The position numbers and the translations under genes were made by a program. Below the pieces are notes generated by a model, which saw only the letters and a program-made list of their open reading frames with translations, was not told the DNA's origin and made no database searches. From contig JACKFZ010000001.1 of NCBI GenBank assembly GCA_020632215.1, positions 17,444-81,443 of the forward strand: a stretch of DNA of 64,000 bases. The letters are read 5' to 3'. Source of the stretch: Candidatus Nomurabacteria bacterium (GTDB taxonomy: Bacteria > Patescibacteriota > Minisyncoccia > Phycocordibacterales > JAACPR01). Shown here piece after piece: positions 31,989 through 41,232 of the stretch (within the stretch, counting starts at the first letter, position 1; each line of letters opens with the position of its first letter).

Positions 31989-33150
31989 AGATACTGATTA
32001 TTTTTTCTATAGAAAAAGTAGAAAGAATTAAAACTAAAGGTATTATTGGGAGAGTATATCTTGGAAAAGGGAAAAGGACAATGTGCAGACACCAAAAGTA
32101 GAGAATGATAGATAGTGAAGAAAGAATAAAGATATTTTTTCTAAACCAATAAATTGAAGATAACATCAGAATGACCATTATGATGAAGAATATTTTATAA
32201 GCCCATATTAGTAAGTTAATCCAACTATGTGAGTTGGTTACTTCATTAGCTTGATAGCCACCGGCACCAGGATTCCAAAATAAATAAACATTTTTCAATT
32301 TAGCTTTTGCTAGGTCACCCAATCTCTGTTCCCCAACTGAAGATTTATCAAGATACTCAATAGTATTATTTGCTTTATTAAAAACGTGTGAAAGATTAGA
32401 AGCTATGGGAACAATTCGATCGAATTTTTGTTGTACATAAAAAGTCCAAGGTAATAGGACTACTATGGCCACTACTATTGATAGGATACCATTTTGAAAA
32501 TGTTTTTTGGTCCAAACAAAATTTTGAAATCTTTTCAGAATAAATAAACCGATTAGCATCCAAAGTGGTAGTAGTAATGCCACTGGCCTAGCTAGAATAG
32601 CCAATCCGATTGTTGCACCCGTAATAATTGCATTTATGAGAGATGGATCTTCTATAAATTTAAAGAAGAAAAAGACACTAGTGATTAAAAAGAATATAAA
32701 AACCATTTCCGAACTGATTAATAGGGAGTATAAGATCATGTATGGCCAAAACAAAACTATTATCCCGATTAATAAGCTTGTAACTTTTTTTAACTTGAAA
32801 AAATCGTAAGCAATGAAACTGCAGATAGATGCTATTGTTCCAGACAGTATAAATTGAAATAGAAAAACCATGGAGTAAACATGACCAAAGATGTAATAGA
32901 TAACTGATAGGAAGATGGGGTAAAGGGGAGGATAAATGATCTGTTGTTCTGAAATTGTGATGTATCCCTGTCCGTTGCTTAAAGCCACAGCAATATTGTC
33001 ATAGTCTAGAAAATCTGAAATGACAGGGAATTGAGGTAATATTTCTGTTAGTAAGAAACTGATCAGTATGGATAAGATAACAAATCCAATTGCAATTTTG
33101 ATTTTGGGCATATGAATTTTTAGTCTACATTTACGATAGAGGTAAAGCAA
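31954..33150 (-). CDS. polytopic membrane glycosyltransferase (GT39/GT83 ArnT/PMT-like)
   Basis: 398 aa and about 11 TM helices. N-terminal loop and topology resemble dolichyl/undecaprenyl-phosphate sugar transferases. Adjacent to GT2 and GtrA genes. Confidence 0.5.
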   Translation of the reverse strand: MLYLYRKCRLKIHMPKIKIAIGFVILSILISFLLTEILPQFPVISDFLDYDNIAVALSNGQGYITISEQQIIYPPLYPIFLSVIYYIFGHVYSMVFLFQFILSGTIASICSFIAYDFFKLKKVTSLLIGIIVLFWPYMILYSLLISSEMVFIFFLITSVFFFFKFIEDPSLINAIITGATIGLAILARPVALLLPLWMLIGLFILKRFQNFVWTKKHFQNGILSIVVAIVVLLPWTFYVQQKFDRIVPIASNLSHVFNKANNTIEYLDKSSVGEQRLGDLAKAKLKNVYLFWNPGAGGYQANEVTNSHSWINLLIWAYKIFFIIMVILMLSSIYWFRKNIFILSSLSIILYFWCLHIVLFPFPRYTLPIIPLVLILSTFSIEKIISIYVSKNTNIHTS

Positions 33151-33212
33151 GCAGTTCGATGTCGTAAAATAAAGAATTATTGTAAAGATTCGATATTAAA
33201 AAAAGTTTTTTA

Positions 33213-33229
33213 TGCTCCACGGGCAGGAT
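33213..33229. repeat. 17-bp direct repeat (attL-like) identical to the tRNA-Asn 3' end at 45049-45065
   Basis: tgctccacgggcaggat occurs at 33213-33229 and again at 45049-45065, where it forms the 3' end of the minus-strand tRNA-Asn. Confidence 0.65.
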
Positions 33230-33390
33230 GCCCTGAATCAAGTTCAGGGCAGGATTCTCATCCTGTCTCATAAAGTAAAAAAGCAAAACCCCAATGCTTG
33301 CGCATTAGGGCTTTACTTTTTTATGCTCCGCGAACTGAGACTAGTTCGAACCTTGATTTTATACTCAGAATCAGTAAAATTAGTCACACT

Positions 33391-33612
33391 ATGAAAACAA
33401 TCGCTCAATTTAAAGTTTTTAAAGATGGGGACTCCTATGTAGCAGAGGGTGTTGATTTAGCTGTGGTTACTCAAGCTGATGACTTAGATGAGCTTGTTAA
33501 AAACATCGAAGAGGCAGTATCTCTGCACTTAGAAGGTGAAAATTTCGCTGATTTTGATTACTCTCAAAAACCTTCTATTTTGGTAAATTACGAATTACCG
33601 CAGTATGCCTAA
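33391..33612 (+). CDS. hicB: HicB-family antitoxin (N-terminal domain only)
   Basis: IAQFKVFKDGDSYVAEGVDLAVVTQADDLDEL fits the UPF0150/HicB fold. It overlaps hicA by 8 nt. Start set at the internal ATG at 33391. Confidence 0.7.
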   Translation: MKTIAQFKVFKDGDSYVAEGVDLAVVTQADDLDELVKNIEEAVSLHLEGENFADFDYSQKPSILVNYELPQYA

Positions 33613-33847
33613 ATTAAAATCACTAGACTCCAAAGACATTATAAAAATCTTGGAGTCTTTTAGTTTTGAGGTAATTTCTCAAAAAGGAAGTCATATAAAA
33701 TTATCTCGCCAGACAAGTCTGCAAAAACAAGTCTTAACTATTCCAAATCATAAAAATTTGAAGAAGGGGACAGTGAAAGCTATTTTTAATCAAGCTAGTA
33801 AATTTGTGTCTAGTGAAGAATTGCAGAAATATTTTTACACAGAATAG
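33605..33847 (+). CDS. hicA: HicA-family mRNA interferase toxin
   Basis: 80 aa with the KGSHIKL (GSHxxL) YcfA/HicA motif. Confidence 0.7.
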   Translation: MPKLKSLDSKDIIKILESFSFEVISQKGSHIKLSRQTSLQKQVLTIPNHKNLKKGTVKAIFNQASKFVSSEELQKYFYTE

Positions 33848-34094
33848 TTCTTAACATGTTCTAGCTTGCTCGCTCTACAGGATGATTTTCTAACCATAGA
33901 TTGGTCCGAAGAATTTAAGTTTCCTAACTTGTCATTAGAAGAAATAAAAAGATTAATTGTTTTAATATAATATTAGTATCTTAACTATATGGTGTTTCCT
34001 GTTGATTACTCTCTATTCATTTTAATCAAACATGAGAAAATTAAACTGTAAAAAGAGAAAGAGCCCAAAATGGGCTCAATCTCTCGGTTAATAC

Positions 34095-34307
34095 TTACTG
34101 GTTATTTATCAGGTCATTTAGTGATTTGATATTGTTTTGTTTGAGATAAGTCCCAAGTTCCATATCAGATCTGACGCCTAAATTTATGCCATATTGTTTT
34201 TCTATAGTACCAATGTGAGTATCATTGCGTTTATCACGTAATAAACCGTTTTGGTTTCTAGATCGGCACCCTTTCATTCCAGCAGCATCATTTTTGCAAC
34301 GCTTCAT
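34095..34307 (-). CDS. hypothetical small basic protein
   Basis: 70-aa ORF inside the island. No motifs. Confidence 0.25.
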   Translation of the reverse strand: MKRCKNDAAGMKGCRSRNQNGLLRDKRNDTHIGTIEKQYGINLGVRSDMELGTYLKQNNIKSLNDLINNQ

Positions 34308-34531
34308 AGCGAATATCTTAAGTTACTTTAAGAAGGTTCGACTAATTCCTTCTGACTGCTAAATGCAGTCAGTTGTCAGCCGCATTTTGGTTGTCAAAAG
34401 GTGAATGTTGCAGTCTAATTATATCAAATTTTATTCCAGGGTACTTTTTGATGAGAAAGTAATAAATTTACTCTAAAATCGGTATAAATATTTTGTTATC
34501 TTAAAATGTAACCCTGTGCTATACTCTTTTA

Positions 34532-34738
34532 GTGACTAAAGAGTCAAAAAAGTTAGGGGAGAACTTCAAGAAATTCCGCATCGAGAAGGGATTATCTCAA
34601 AGTGATGTGGCTGATTCTTTGGGTATTAGTAGGGGATTTATAAGTAATATAGAGAGTGGTAAGAAAAATCCGACTCTGATTACTTTAACTAAACTTGCTA
34701 ACTCAGTCGGTATCTCCATAGATAAGCTTTTAAAATAA
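34532..34738 (+). CDS. XRE-family helix-turn-helix transcriptional regulator
   Basis: LSQSDVADSLGISRGFISNIESGKKNPTLITLTKLA is a canonical HTH_XRE. GTG start lies directly after a tatact -10 box, so the transcript is probably leaderless. Confidence 0.8.
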   Translation: MTKESKKLGENFKKFRIEKGLSQSDVADSLGISRGFISNIESGKKNPTLITLTKLANSVGISIDKLLK

Positions 34739-34743
34739 TCTAT

Positions 34744-37700
34744 ATGACAGTAATCACTAATTCACCAGGGAATACTCTTTCAGATAGTCTTAAATCTATA
34801 TTACCTCAATGTGATCGTGTTGATGCATTGGTCGGATATTTTTATTTTTCAGGATTTAAGGACTTATATAAAGATTTAGAGGATAAATCTATAAGAATTT
34901 TAGTCGGAATGGATATTGATAAGGAAATTATCAATAAGGTATCTCTGTTAGATGATTTAAATCTAGATAGTCATCTTGTTGATACAAAGATAAGTTCCAG
35001 ATCTGGTGCAAAGATAGATTATATAGATTCTTTTTCTAGAATCTTTAATGATACTGATCTGTTTGATAACAAAGAGTCCCAGGAAGCTTTTGAAGTGTTT
35101 TTGTCTAAAATAAAGGATGGGAGTCTTGAGATAAAAAAGACTGCAAGACCTGATCACTCAAAAAACTATATCCTTCATAAAAAAGCAGAACATACAGATG
35201 GTGGAAATGATCCTGGAGTTGTGATTGTCGGTTCAAGCAACCTATCTTTTTCTGGTCTTAAGGGACAAGGAGAATCAAATAGAATGTTAAAAGAAAAACA
35301 CTATTACGAAGAAGATGTCAAAAGATTTGAAGACGCATGGGATAATCCGGACAACATAACGATAACTGATATTGATAGTTCAGATGAATTTATTGCTGAA
35401 GTAAAAAAACGTATTTGGCTCTATCAATTACCCGATCCAAAGTTAATGTATTACCGGGTTCTTGATGAATATTTTTCGGTTGAAGAGACCGAGGACATGA
35501 AGACACCTAGACAGATTACAAACGGTAAGTTCTCTGATCTAAAATATCAAAAGGATGCTGTTAATTTAGGATTAGATCGTATCAAAAGATTCGGCGGGGT
35601 AATTATTGCTGATGTTGTGGGTCTTGGTAAGAGTATTATTGCATCTACTATTGCCCATAACTTAAACTTACAGACTGTAATTATTGCTCCACCTCACCTT
35701 GAGACACAATGGAAGGACTATCTTGCAGAGTTTGATTTTAAGGGTTCTGTTTACACAACAGGTAAGGTAGAAGAGGCCTTGCAACGACATGGCGATAAAG
35801 ATAATCTCCTAATTATTTTAGATGAAGCTCACAAACATAGAAATGAAGACACAGATAACTACAAAAATCTTCACAAGCTTTGTGCAGGTAATAGAGTTAT
35901 GGCTCTTTCGGCGACACCTTTCAATAATGATCCAAAAGATATTTATGCATTAATAAAGTTATTTAGCACTCCAGGACAATCAACTATTAAAACTGTAGAA
36001 AACTTAAGTATTTCTTTCCATGAATTATTTAAGAGATATCGAGATATCAGAAGAGAACTTAGAAAGTCAGCTGATAAGGATGCTTCCGAAGACTCACTAG
36101 AGATTAAGAAGGAGCTCAATTCTATAGCATCAGAATTAAGAAAAATGATAGAACCCTTAGTCATTAGGAGGTCCAGGTTAGATCTTGATGAGATTGAAGA
36201 TTACAAAAGGGATCTGGAAGAGCAGGGGGTAGCTTTTGCTAAAGTTAATGACCCAATTTTGCTTGAGTATGATTTAGGCGACATCACTTCTCTTTATGTG
36301 GAAACTTTGAATAAGATATCGTCCCCAGATGATAGTGATAGTTTTGAAGGTGTGCGTTACAAACCAGCTAGTTATATAAAAGCAGGCTCAAAGTTTATAA
36401 AAGAATTATTAGAGACCGAAGAAGATGATGATTCTGGTATGTCTGCGGAAGAAAAGTTACAGCGTATTATGCAAGGACAGTCTAACGTGGCTAAGTTTAT
36501 GAGGCGTTTATTGGTCCGAAGATTTGAGAGTTCAATGGGATCTTTTAGGGTGTCACTAAAGAATATGATAGCTTCTTCAGAAGCAATGCTTGACTGGTAT
36601 GATAACAGAGGTGTTGTACCTATTTATAAAAAGGGATCTCTGCCAACTACTAGTGATCTCGAAGATAAAACCCCAGAAGAATTAGATGATTTGTTCAACA
36701 AACTAAAAGGTAAAGGGTTAATTGAAATTCCAGTATCTGAAATACAGGATCATTTCAAAGGTGCACTTGAAAAAGACATATCAATACTTAAAGCAATCCA
36801 ATCTGATTGGGTCTCTGTTGAAGATGATCCTAAATATAAATTTTTTGAACAAAAAATTTCCGAGTCTTTGGCCAAAGAATCCAAGAGAAAAATTATTGTA
36901 TTTACAGAATTTTCAGATACAGCAGAGTATGTTTATGACAAATTAAAAGAAGATGGATTTACTAGAGTTTATAAATATAGTTCCGGAGATGCTTCTAAAG
37001 AAAACAAAGAGATTATTCAAAAGAACTTTGATGCAGGATTAGATCTTTCTAAACAAGACGATGATTACGACATAATCGTTGCAACAGATGCTATTTCAGA
37101 AGGTTTTAATCTTCATAGGGCTGGTACTGTGGTTAACTATGATATTCCTTATAATCCCACTAGAGTTATACAACGTGTAGGAAGAATCAATAGAATAAAT
37201 AAAAAAGTTTTTGAAGAACTTTTTATATTCAACTTTTTCCCAACGATGACAGGAGAAGTGGAGACTAGAACAAAAGCTATATCTACTCTGAAAATGGATT
37301 TGATACACTCTTTGCTTGGAGAAGATACTAAAATATTTACTAAGAATGAAGATCTACAGAATTACTTTGCTAAACAATATAGAGAAGAGCAAGATAAAAA
37401 TGAAAGCCTATCCTGGGATGCGAAATATCGAGATGAATGGAATAGGTTTAAAGATGATGAAAATATTCTTAGACAGATAGGATCTATACCGCATCGGGCT
37501 CGTATTGCTCGCAAATTTAAAGTATCTGGGGTGGTTGCCTTCGCAAAGAGAAATGGCAACTTCGTTTTTGCATTTGGAAAGACTCCAGAAGATGTAGCTA
37601 TAGTCTCTCCAGAAGTAGCATTACCGTTGTTCAATGACATTATAGATGATGAAGAGGCAATAGAAACAACGGTGGATTTTGATCCAATATACCAAATTGT

Positions 37701-38037
37701 TAAAGAGCATATATTTAAAGATAATACAAAAGCTCCGGTAAGTGGTAAAAGAAAACAAGATGCAATTGCTAAGTTAAAAATTCTCTCTGAAACTTATCCA
37801 AGTTCAAAAGATTTATGTATGGATGTTATTAAAATTATTAAAGACCTGGATGCTCTACCTAATGGTGTTTTGAAAGAGATTGCAGATTTGAAAATTGATA
37901 AAGATAAACCAGAAAAGGCATACAAGAGTCTAAAAGAATATGTACCAAGTAATTATCTTGAAGATATATTTGAAACTGCTGATAGAGCTAAAGATTCTGG
38001 TAAGTTAGTTGTTCTTTCGGAAGAATTGATATCATGA
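34744..38037 (+). CDS. PLD-family nuclease / SNF2-family helicase fusion protein
   Basis: N-terminal PLD-like HKD-type motif (HSKNYIL...VVIVGSSNLS, i.e. HxK...GSxN). SNF2 motifs I ADVVGLGKSIIA, II IILDEAHKHRN (DEAH), III ALSATPFNN, and helicase-C motifs V/VI (IIVATDAISEGFNLH, QRVGRINRINK). 1097 aa. Confidence 0.85.
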   Translation: MTVITNSPGNTLSDSLKSILPQCDRVDALVGYFYFSGFKDLYKDLEDKSIRILVGMDIDKEIINKVSLLDDLNLDSHLVDTKISSRSGAKIDYIDSFSRIFNDTDLFDNKESQEAFEVFLSKIKDGSLEIKKTARPDHSKNYILHKKAEHTDGGNDPGVVIVGSSNLSFSGLKGQGESNRMLKEKHYYEEDVKRFEDAWDNPDNITITDIDSSDEFIAEVKKRIWLYQLPDPKLMYYRVLDEYFSVEETEDMKTPRQITNGKFSDLKYQKDAVNLGLDRIKRFGGVIIADVVGLGKSIIASTIAHNLNLQTVIIAPPHLETQWKDYLAEFDFKGSVYTTGKVEEALQRHGDKDNLLIILDEAHKHRNEDTDNYKNLHKLCAGNRVMALSATPFNNDPKDIYALIKLFSTPGQSTIKTVENLSISFHELFKRYRDIRRELRKSADKDASEDSLEIKKELNSIASELRKMIEPLVIRRSRLDLDEIEDYKRDLEEQGVAFAKVNDPILLEYDLGDITSLYVETLNKISSPDDSDSFEGVRYKPASYIKAGSKFIKELLETEEDDDSGMSAEEKLQRIMQGQSNVAKFMRRLLVRRFESSMGSFRVSLKNMIASSEAMLDWYDNRGVVPIYKKGSLPTTSDLEDKTPEELDDLFNKLKGKGLIEIPVSEIQDHFKGALEKDISILKAIQSDWVSVEDDPKYKFFEQKISESLAKESKRKIIVFTEFSDTAEYVYDKLKEDGFTRVYKYSSGDASKENKEIIQKNFDAGLDLSKQDDDYDIIVATDAISEGFNLHRAGTVVNYDIPYNPTRVIQRVGRINRINKKVFEELFIFNFFPTMTGEVETRTKAISTLKMDLIHSLLGEDTKIFTKNEDLQNYFAKQYREEQDKNESLSWDAKYRDEWNRFKDDENILRQIGSIPHRARIARKFKVSGVVAFAKRNGNFVFAFGKTPEDVAIVSPEVALPLFNDIIDDEEAIETTVDFDPIYQIVKEHIFKDNTKAPVSGKRKQDAIAKLKILSETYPSSKDLCMDVIKIIKDLDALPNGVLKEIADLKIDKDKPEKAYKSLKEYVPSNYLEDIFETADRAKDSGKLVVLSEELIS

Positions 38038-41000
38038 TTGATTTTAGTAAACCTTACAAAAAAGAAATATTTTCTAATTTCCTTGAGGATTTTCTCCCGG
38101 AAGATTATTCAGAAAAAGAAAAAGAGTTATCCGAGATTTCTGGATGCCAAATAATAAAAGATGTAAAAGAAGTAGGGTATTGTGAATCGCTAGATCTTAC
38201 TGTTTTTGAGATGAGCCATGACAAAGAGACCGATCCCAGAGTTACTATTGCTACAGATGCTTTCAAAATAATGAAGAATTACGATGTTCAAAGAGCTTTG
38301 GTTGTATTCAAGAATGATGATACTGAGAACTATAGGTTTTCATATTTAACTATTGCTTTAGAATTGAGTAAGGGAAGTAAGGTGAAAAAAACGTATTCAA
38401 ATGCACGTAGGTATTCTTTTATACTTGGTCCTGGTGCAAAGATTAAAACACCAGATCAACAATTGGTAGGGAAAGGTAGAGTCAAAGACCCTGATGATTT
38501 ACTAGATAGATTCTCACTAGAAGTAGTCAATAAGCAATTCTATCTAGACATAGCTGATTTTTTTGATGAACTTGTAGATGATAATGAAGTATTGGTACTG
38601 CCAGGCAATGATCACAATTTAAAAAAGAATTTTTCTGTGAGACTTATAGGTCGTATTATGTTTTGTTGGTTTTTAAAACAGAAGTTGTCGAGTGCAGGAC
38701 AACTTGTTCCAGATGAAATATTGTCGTCCCAATCTGTAAAAAAAGATTATTATCATAATGTTCTTGAGCGTCTCTTTTTTGAAGTCTTGAACACAAATAT
38801 TGAGGATAGGGATATAAGAGATAGCTATTTTGACAAGGTCCCTTATTTGAATGGTGGTTTATTTAACCCCGGACCTGATGATTTTTATGATTTGGATAGA
38901 TCCACTTTCAATTCTAAATTTTTCGATAGTTTAAAAATTAATGATGAGTGGTTCAAAGATTTTTTTACACTTCTTGAGACTTATAATTTCACAATTGATG
39001 AGAATACTATTTTCGATCAAGAACTTTCAGTCGATCCTGAAATGCTTGGTCGGATATTCGAGAATCTTCTAGCTGAAATAAATCCAGAAACTGGTACTAG
39101 TGAGAGAAAGAGGACTGGGAGCTATTATACTCCACGCCATATTGTTGAATATATGGTTGATCAATCGTTGTTAGAGTATTTCAAAAAGAAGACAGTTTTA
39201 TCAGAAAATAAAATATCTGCATTGATAAGTTACGATCAATTAGATGATCCCGAATACTTACTCAGTGATTCTGAAAAGGAACAAGTCGTGCAAGCGGCTA
39301 ATCTTTTAAGAATTTTAGACCCCGCTTGTGGTTCCGGTGCTTTTCCTATAGGTATACTTCAAAAAATTGTCTACATTTTACAAGTAGTGGATTCAACAGG
39401 AGAGTTGTGGAGGAATAAAAAATTAGAAAAGATTCCAGAATTATATAGACAAAAGATTGAACAAGAGTTTGGATTCAGAACGCTAGATTATATTCGAAAA
39501 TTAGAAGTCATAAAAAATTCAATATTCGGTGTAGATAATCAATCTATTGCTGTTGAAGTGTCTCGCTTACGTTGTTTTTTAACTCTAGTTGTGGAATCTG
39601 AAATTGATGACTCAAAAAAAAATAGAGGTATAGAATCTCTCCCGAATCTAGATTTTAAGTTTGTGTGTGCAAATACTCTTATTCCTGCTCCTGAAGAAAG
39701 TGATACTGAGACGAATAAACTTTTTAGTGACGAATTCCAAGAGAGGTTGGCAAGTTCAATTGATAGGTACTTTAGTTCTACTGGTGAAAATAAAAGATCT
39801 GCAAACAATGAGATCCATAAACTTATTGATGGAAAAGTAGAAGAAAAAATGCGTCACCTTAATCAACTCGTTTCTTACAATGGAGATCAAAAAGTAGAAA
39901 TAGCAATGGCAAGAAATAATAAAAATCAAATCGATGAACACTCCCGGATACTAAATTTATGGGATAGCTACAAAAATATTTTTGAAAATAAACCAGTTGA
40001 TTTTTTTGATGTGAGATACTTTTTCCCTGACGTAAAAGATGGATTTGATATTGTGATAGGGAATCCTCCGTACGGCATACTTAATAAAAAACAAAACAAA
40101 AGTAAGAGTATCGTTGTTACTAGTTCCGAATTAGATTATTTTAAACATTCTAAAAAGTACAAAGCTGCTAAGGGAGGAATGCTTAACATTTTCAGACTAT
40201 TTATTGTTAGAAGTCTGGATCTTCTTAAGAACGATGGTATTTTTGTTGAAATATTTCCACTTGCTTTTGTCTGTGATTTGACCGCAGTTAATCTTAGGAA
40301 ATTTATTCTCGAAGATACGCAACCTATATCAATTGACGCTTTTCCAGAAAGAGATAATCATAAAAAACGCGTTTTTGAGGCTGTGAAGATGTCAGTTTGT
40401 ATACTGATCACCAGAAAAAGCGCTCCCAAAGAACCATTTTCTCTAAGAATAAATAAGGATAAATTTATTGATTATAGTACACAAAAAACATATCTGGATT
40501 TGAATAAGATTAAAGTTCTGGATGATAAAAATTACAGTATACCTTTAGCATCATCAATTGAGACGGAGCTTCTTACAAAAATTTATCTGAACAGTTACAA
40601 ATTTTCAAAAATTGGAACATGTAATACTGGTGAGATTGATATGACTTTCTGTAAAGAGGCATTTACAGCAGATTCTAAAAATACTCCATTACTTAAAGGT
40701 GCAATAATTGATAGGTATGTCTTAAGAAAAAAAATGAGTCAAGGAGAAATTGTCTATATTGATGAAGAAAAGCTTTCAAAAATAAGAACTATTGATACTG
40801 ATTTAAAAATAAAACCGAGGATTGTGCTACAAGGAATTACTGGTGTAAATGAAAAGTTACGTTTAAAGATGATGATTATAAGTGAGGCTTATTGTGCTAA
40901 TTCACTAAATTATTTAAATTTTAAATCAGAGAGCGAGAATTTGAGATTTATGTTAGGGCTCTTTAATAGCAAAGTCATGAACTTTGTCTTTTCTAGGTTT

Positions 41001-41228
41001 AGTACAAACAGTAATGTTAATGGTTATGAGATTAATAATTTACCAATACCAAAGAAAACTAATCCAGAAATTATTAATAAAATCTCAGATTATGTAGCCC
41101 AGATTATTAGTGATAAAGCTGGAGATGATGTTAAGGATACTTCCGAGTTAGAATGTGAGGTAAACGATCTAGTGATGGATTTATATGATTTAAACGATGA
41201 AGAAAAGGATGTTATAAGAAAAAGTTAG
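38034..41228 (+). CDS. Eco57I/PglX-like gamma-class N6-adenine DNA methyltransferase with its own TRD
   Basis: GSYYTPRHIV, LDPACGSGAFP (motif I), IGNPPYG (motif IV NPPY) and the C-terminal LYDLNDEEKDVI motif typical of Type IIG/PglX/DrmMI-class enzymes. Start overlaps the upstream stop (ATGA). 1064 aa. Confidence 0.85.
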   Translation: MIDFSKPYKKEIFSNFLEDFLPEDYSEKEKELSEISGCQIIKDVKEVGYCESLDLTVFEMSHDKETDPRVTIATDAFKIMKNYDVQRALVVFKNDDTENYRFSYLTIALELSKGSKVKKTYSNARRYSFILGPGAKIKTPDQQLVGKGRVKDPDDLLDRFSLEVVNKQFYLDIADFFDELVDDNEVLVLPGNDHNLKKNFSVRLIGRIMFCWFLKQKLSSAGQLVPDEILSSQSVKKDYYHNVLERLFFEVLNTNIEDRDIRDSYFDKVPYLNGGLFNPGPDDFYDLDRSTFNSKFFDSLKINDEWFKDFFTLLETYNFTIDENTIFDQELSVDPEMLGRIFENLLAEINPETGTSERKRTGSYYTPRHIVEYMVDQSLLEYFKKKTVLSENKISALISYDQLDDPEYLLSDSEKEQVVQAANLLRILDPACGSGAFPIGILQKIVYILQVVDSTGELWRNKKLEKIPELYRQKIEQEFGFRTLDYIRKLEVIKNSIFGVDNQSIAVEVSRLRCFLTLVVESEIDDSKKNRGIESLPNLDFKFVCANTLIPAPEESDTETNKLFSDEFQERLASSIDRYFSSTGENKRSANNEIHKLIDGKVEEKMRHLNQLVSYNGDQKVEIAMARNNKNQIDEHSRILNLWDSYKNIFENKPVDFFDVRYFFPDVKDGFDIVIGNPPYGILNKKQNKSKSIVVTSSELDYFKHSKKYKAAKGGMLNIFRLFIVRSLDLLKNDGIFVEIFPLAFVCDLTAVNLRKFILEDTQPISIDAFPERDNHKKRVFEAVKMSVCILITRKSAPKEPFSLRINKDKFIDYSTQKTYLDLNKIKVLDDKNYSIPLASSIETELLTKIYLNSYKFSKIGTCNTGEIDMTFCKEAFTADSKNTPLLKGAIIDRYVLRKKMSQGEIVYIDEEKLSKIRTIDTDLKIKPRIVLQGITGVNEKLRLKMMIISEAYCANSLNYLNFKSESENLRFMLGLFNSKVMNFVFSRFSTNSNVNGYEINNLPIPKKTNPEIINKISDYVAQIISDKAGDDVKDTSELECEVNDLVMDLYDLNDEEKDVIRKS

Positions 41229-41232
41229 AGTT

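Noticed and set aside
33298-33390. Upstream start for hicB at 33298 and track start for proS at 56817
   Set aside because: The N-terminal extensions have no family similarity and overlap att/hairpin or neighbouring-gene sequence. Internal ATGs at 33391 and 56937 give canonical N-termini.
38034-38700. MTase N-terminal ~200 aa as an MmeI-like PD-(D/E)xK endonuclease domain, which would make it a single-chain Type IIG enzyme
   Set aside because: I could not find a convincing D...(D/E)xK triad by eye. It remains unresolved, so I called the protein an MTase with a nuclease-like N-terminal domain of unknown activity.
34963-39941. Short antisense or internal ORFs within the PLD-SNF2 and MTase genes (34963-35157, 35943-36164, 36722-36946, 37096-37308, 37362-37640, 39539-39808, 39756-39941)
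   Set aside because: They lie antisense to, or in other frames of, long genes with clear catalytic motifs. They have no motifs of their own.
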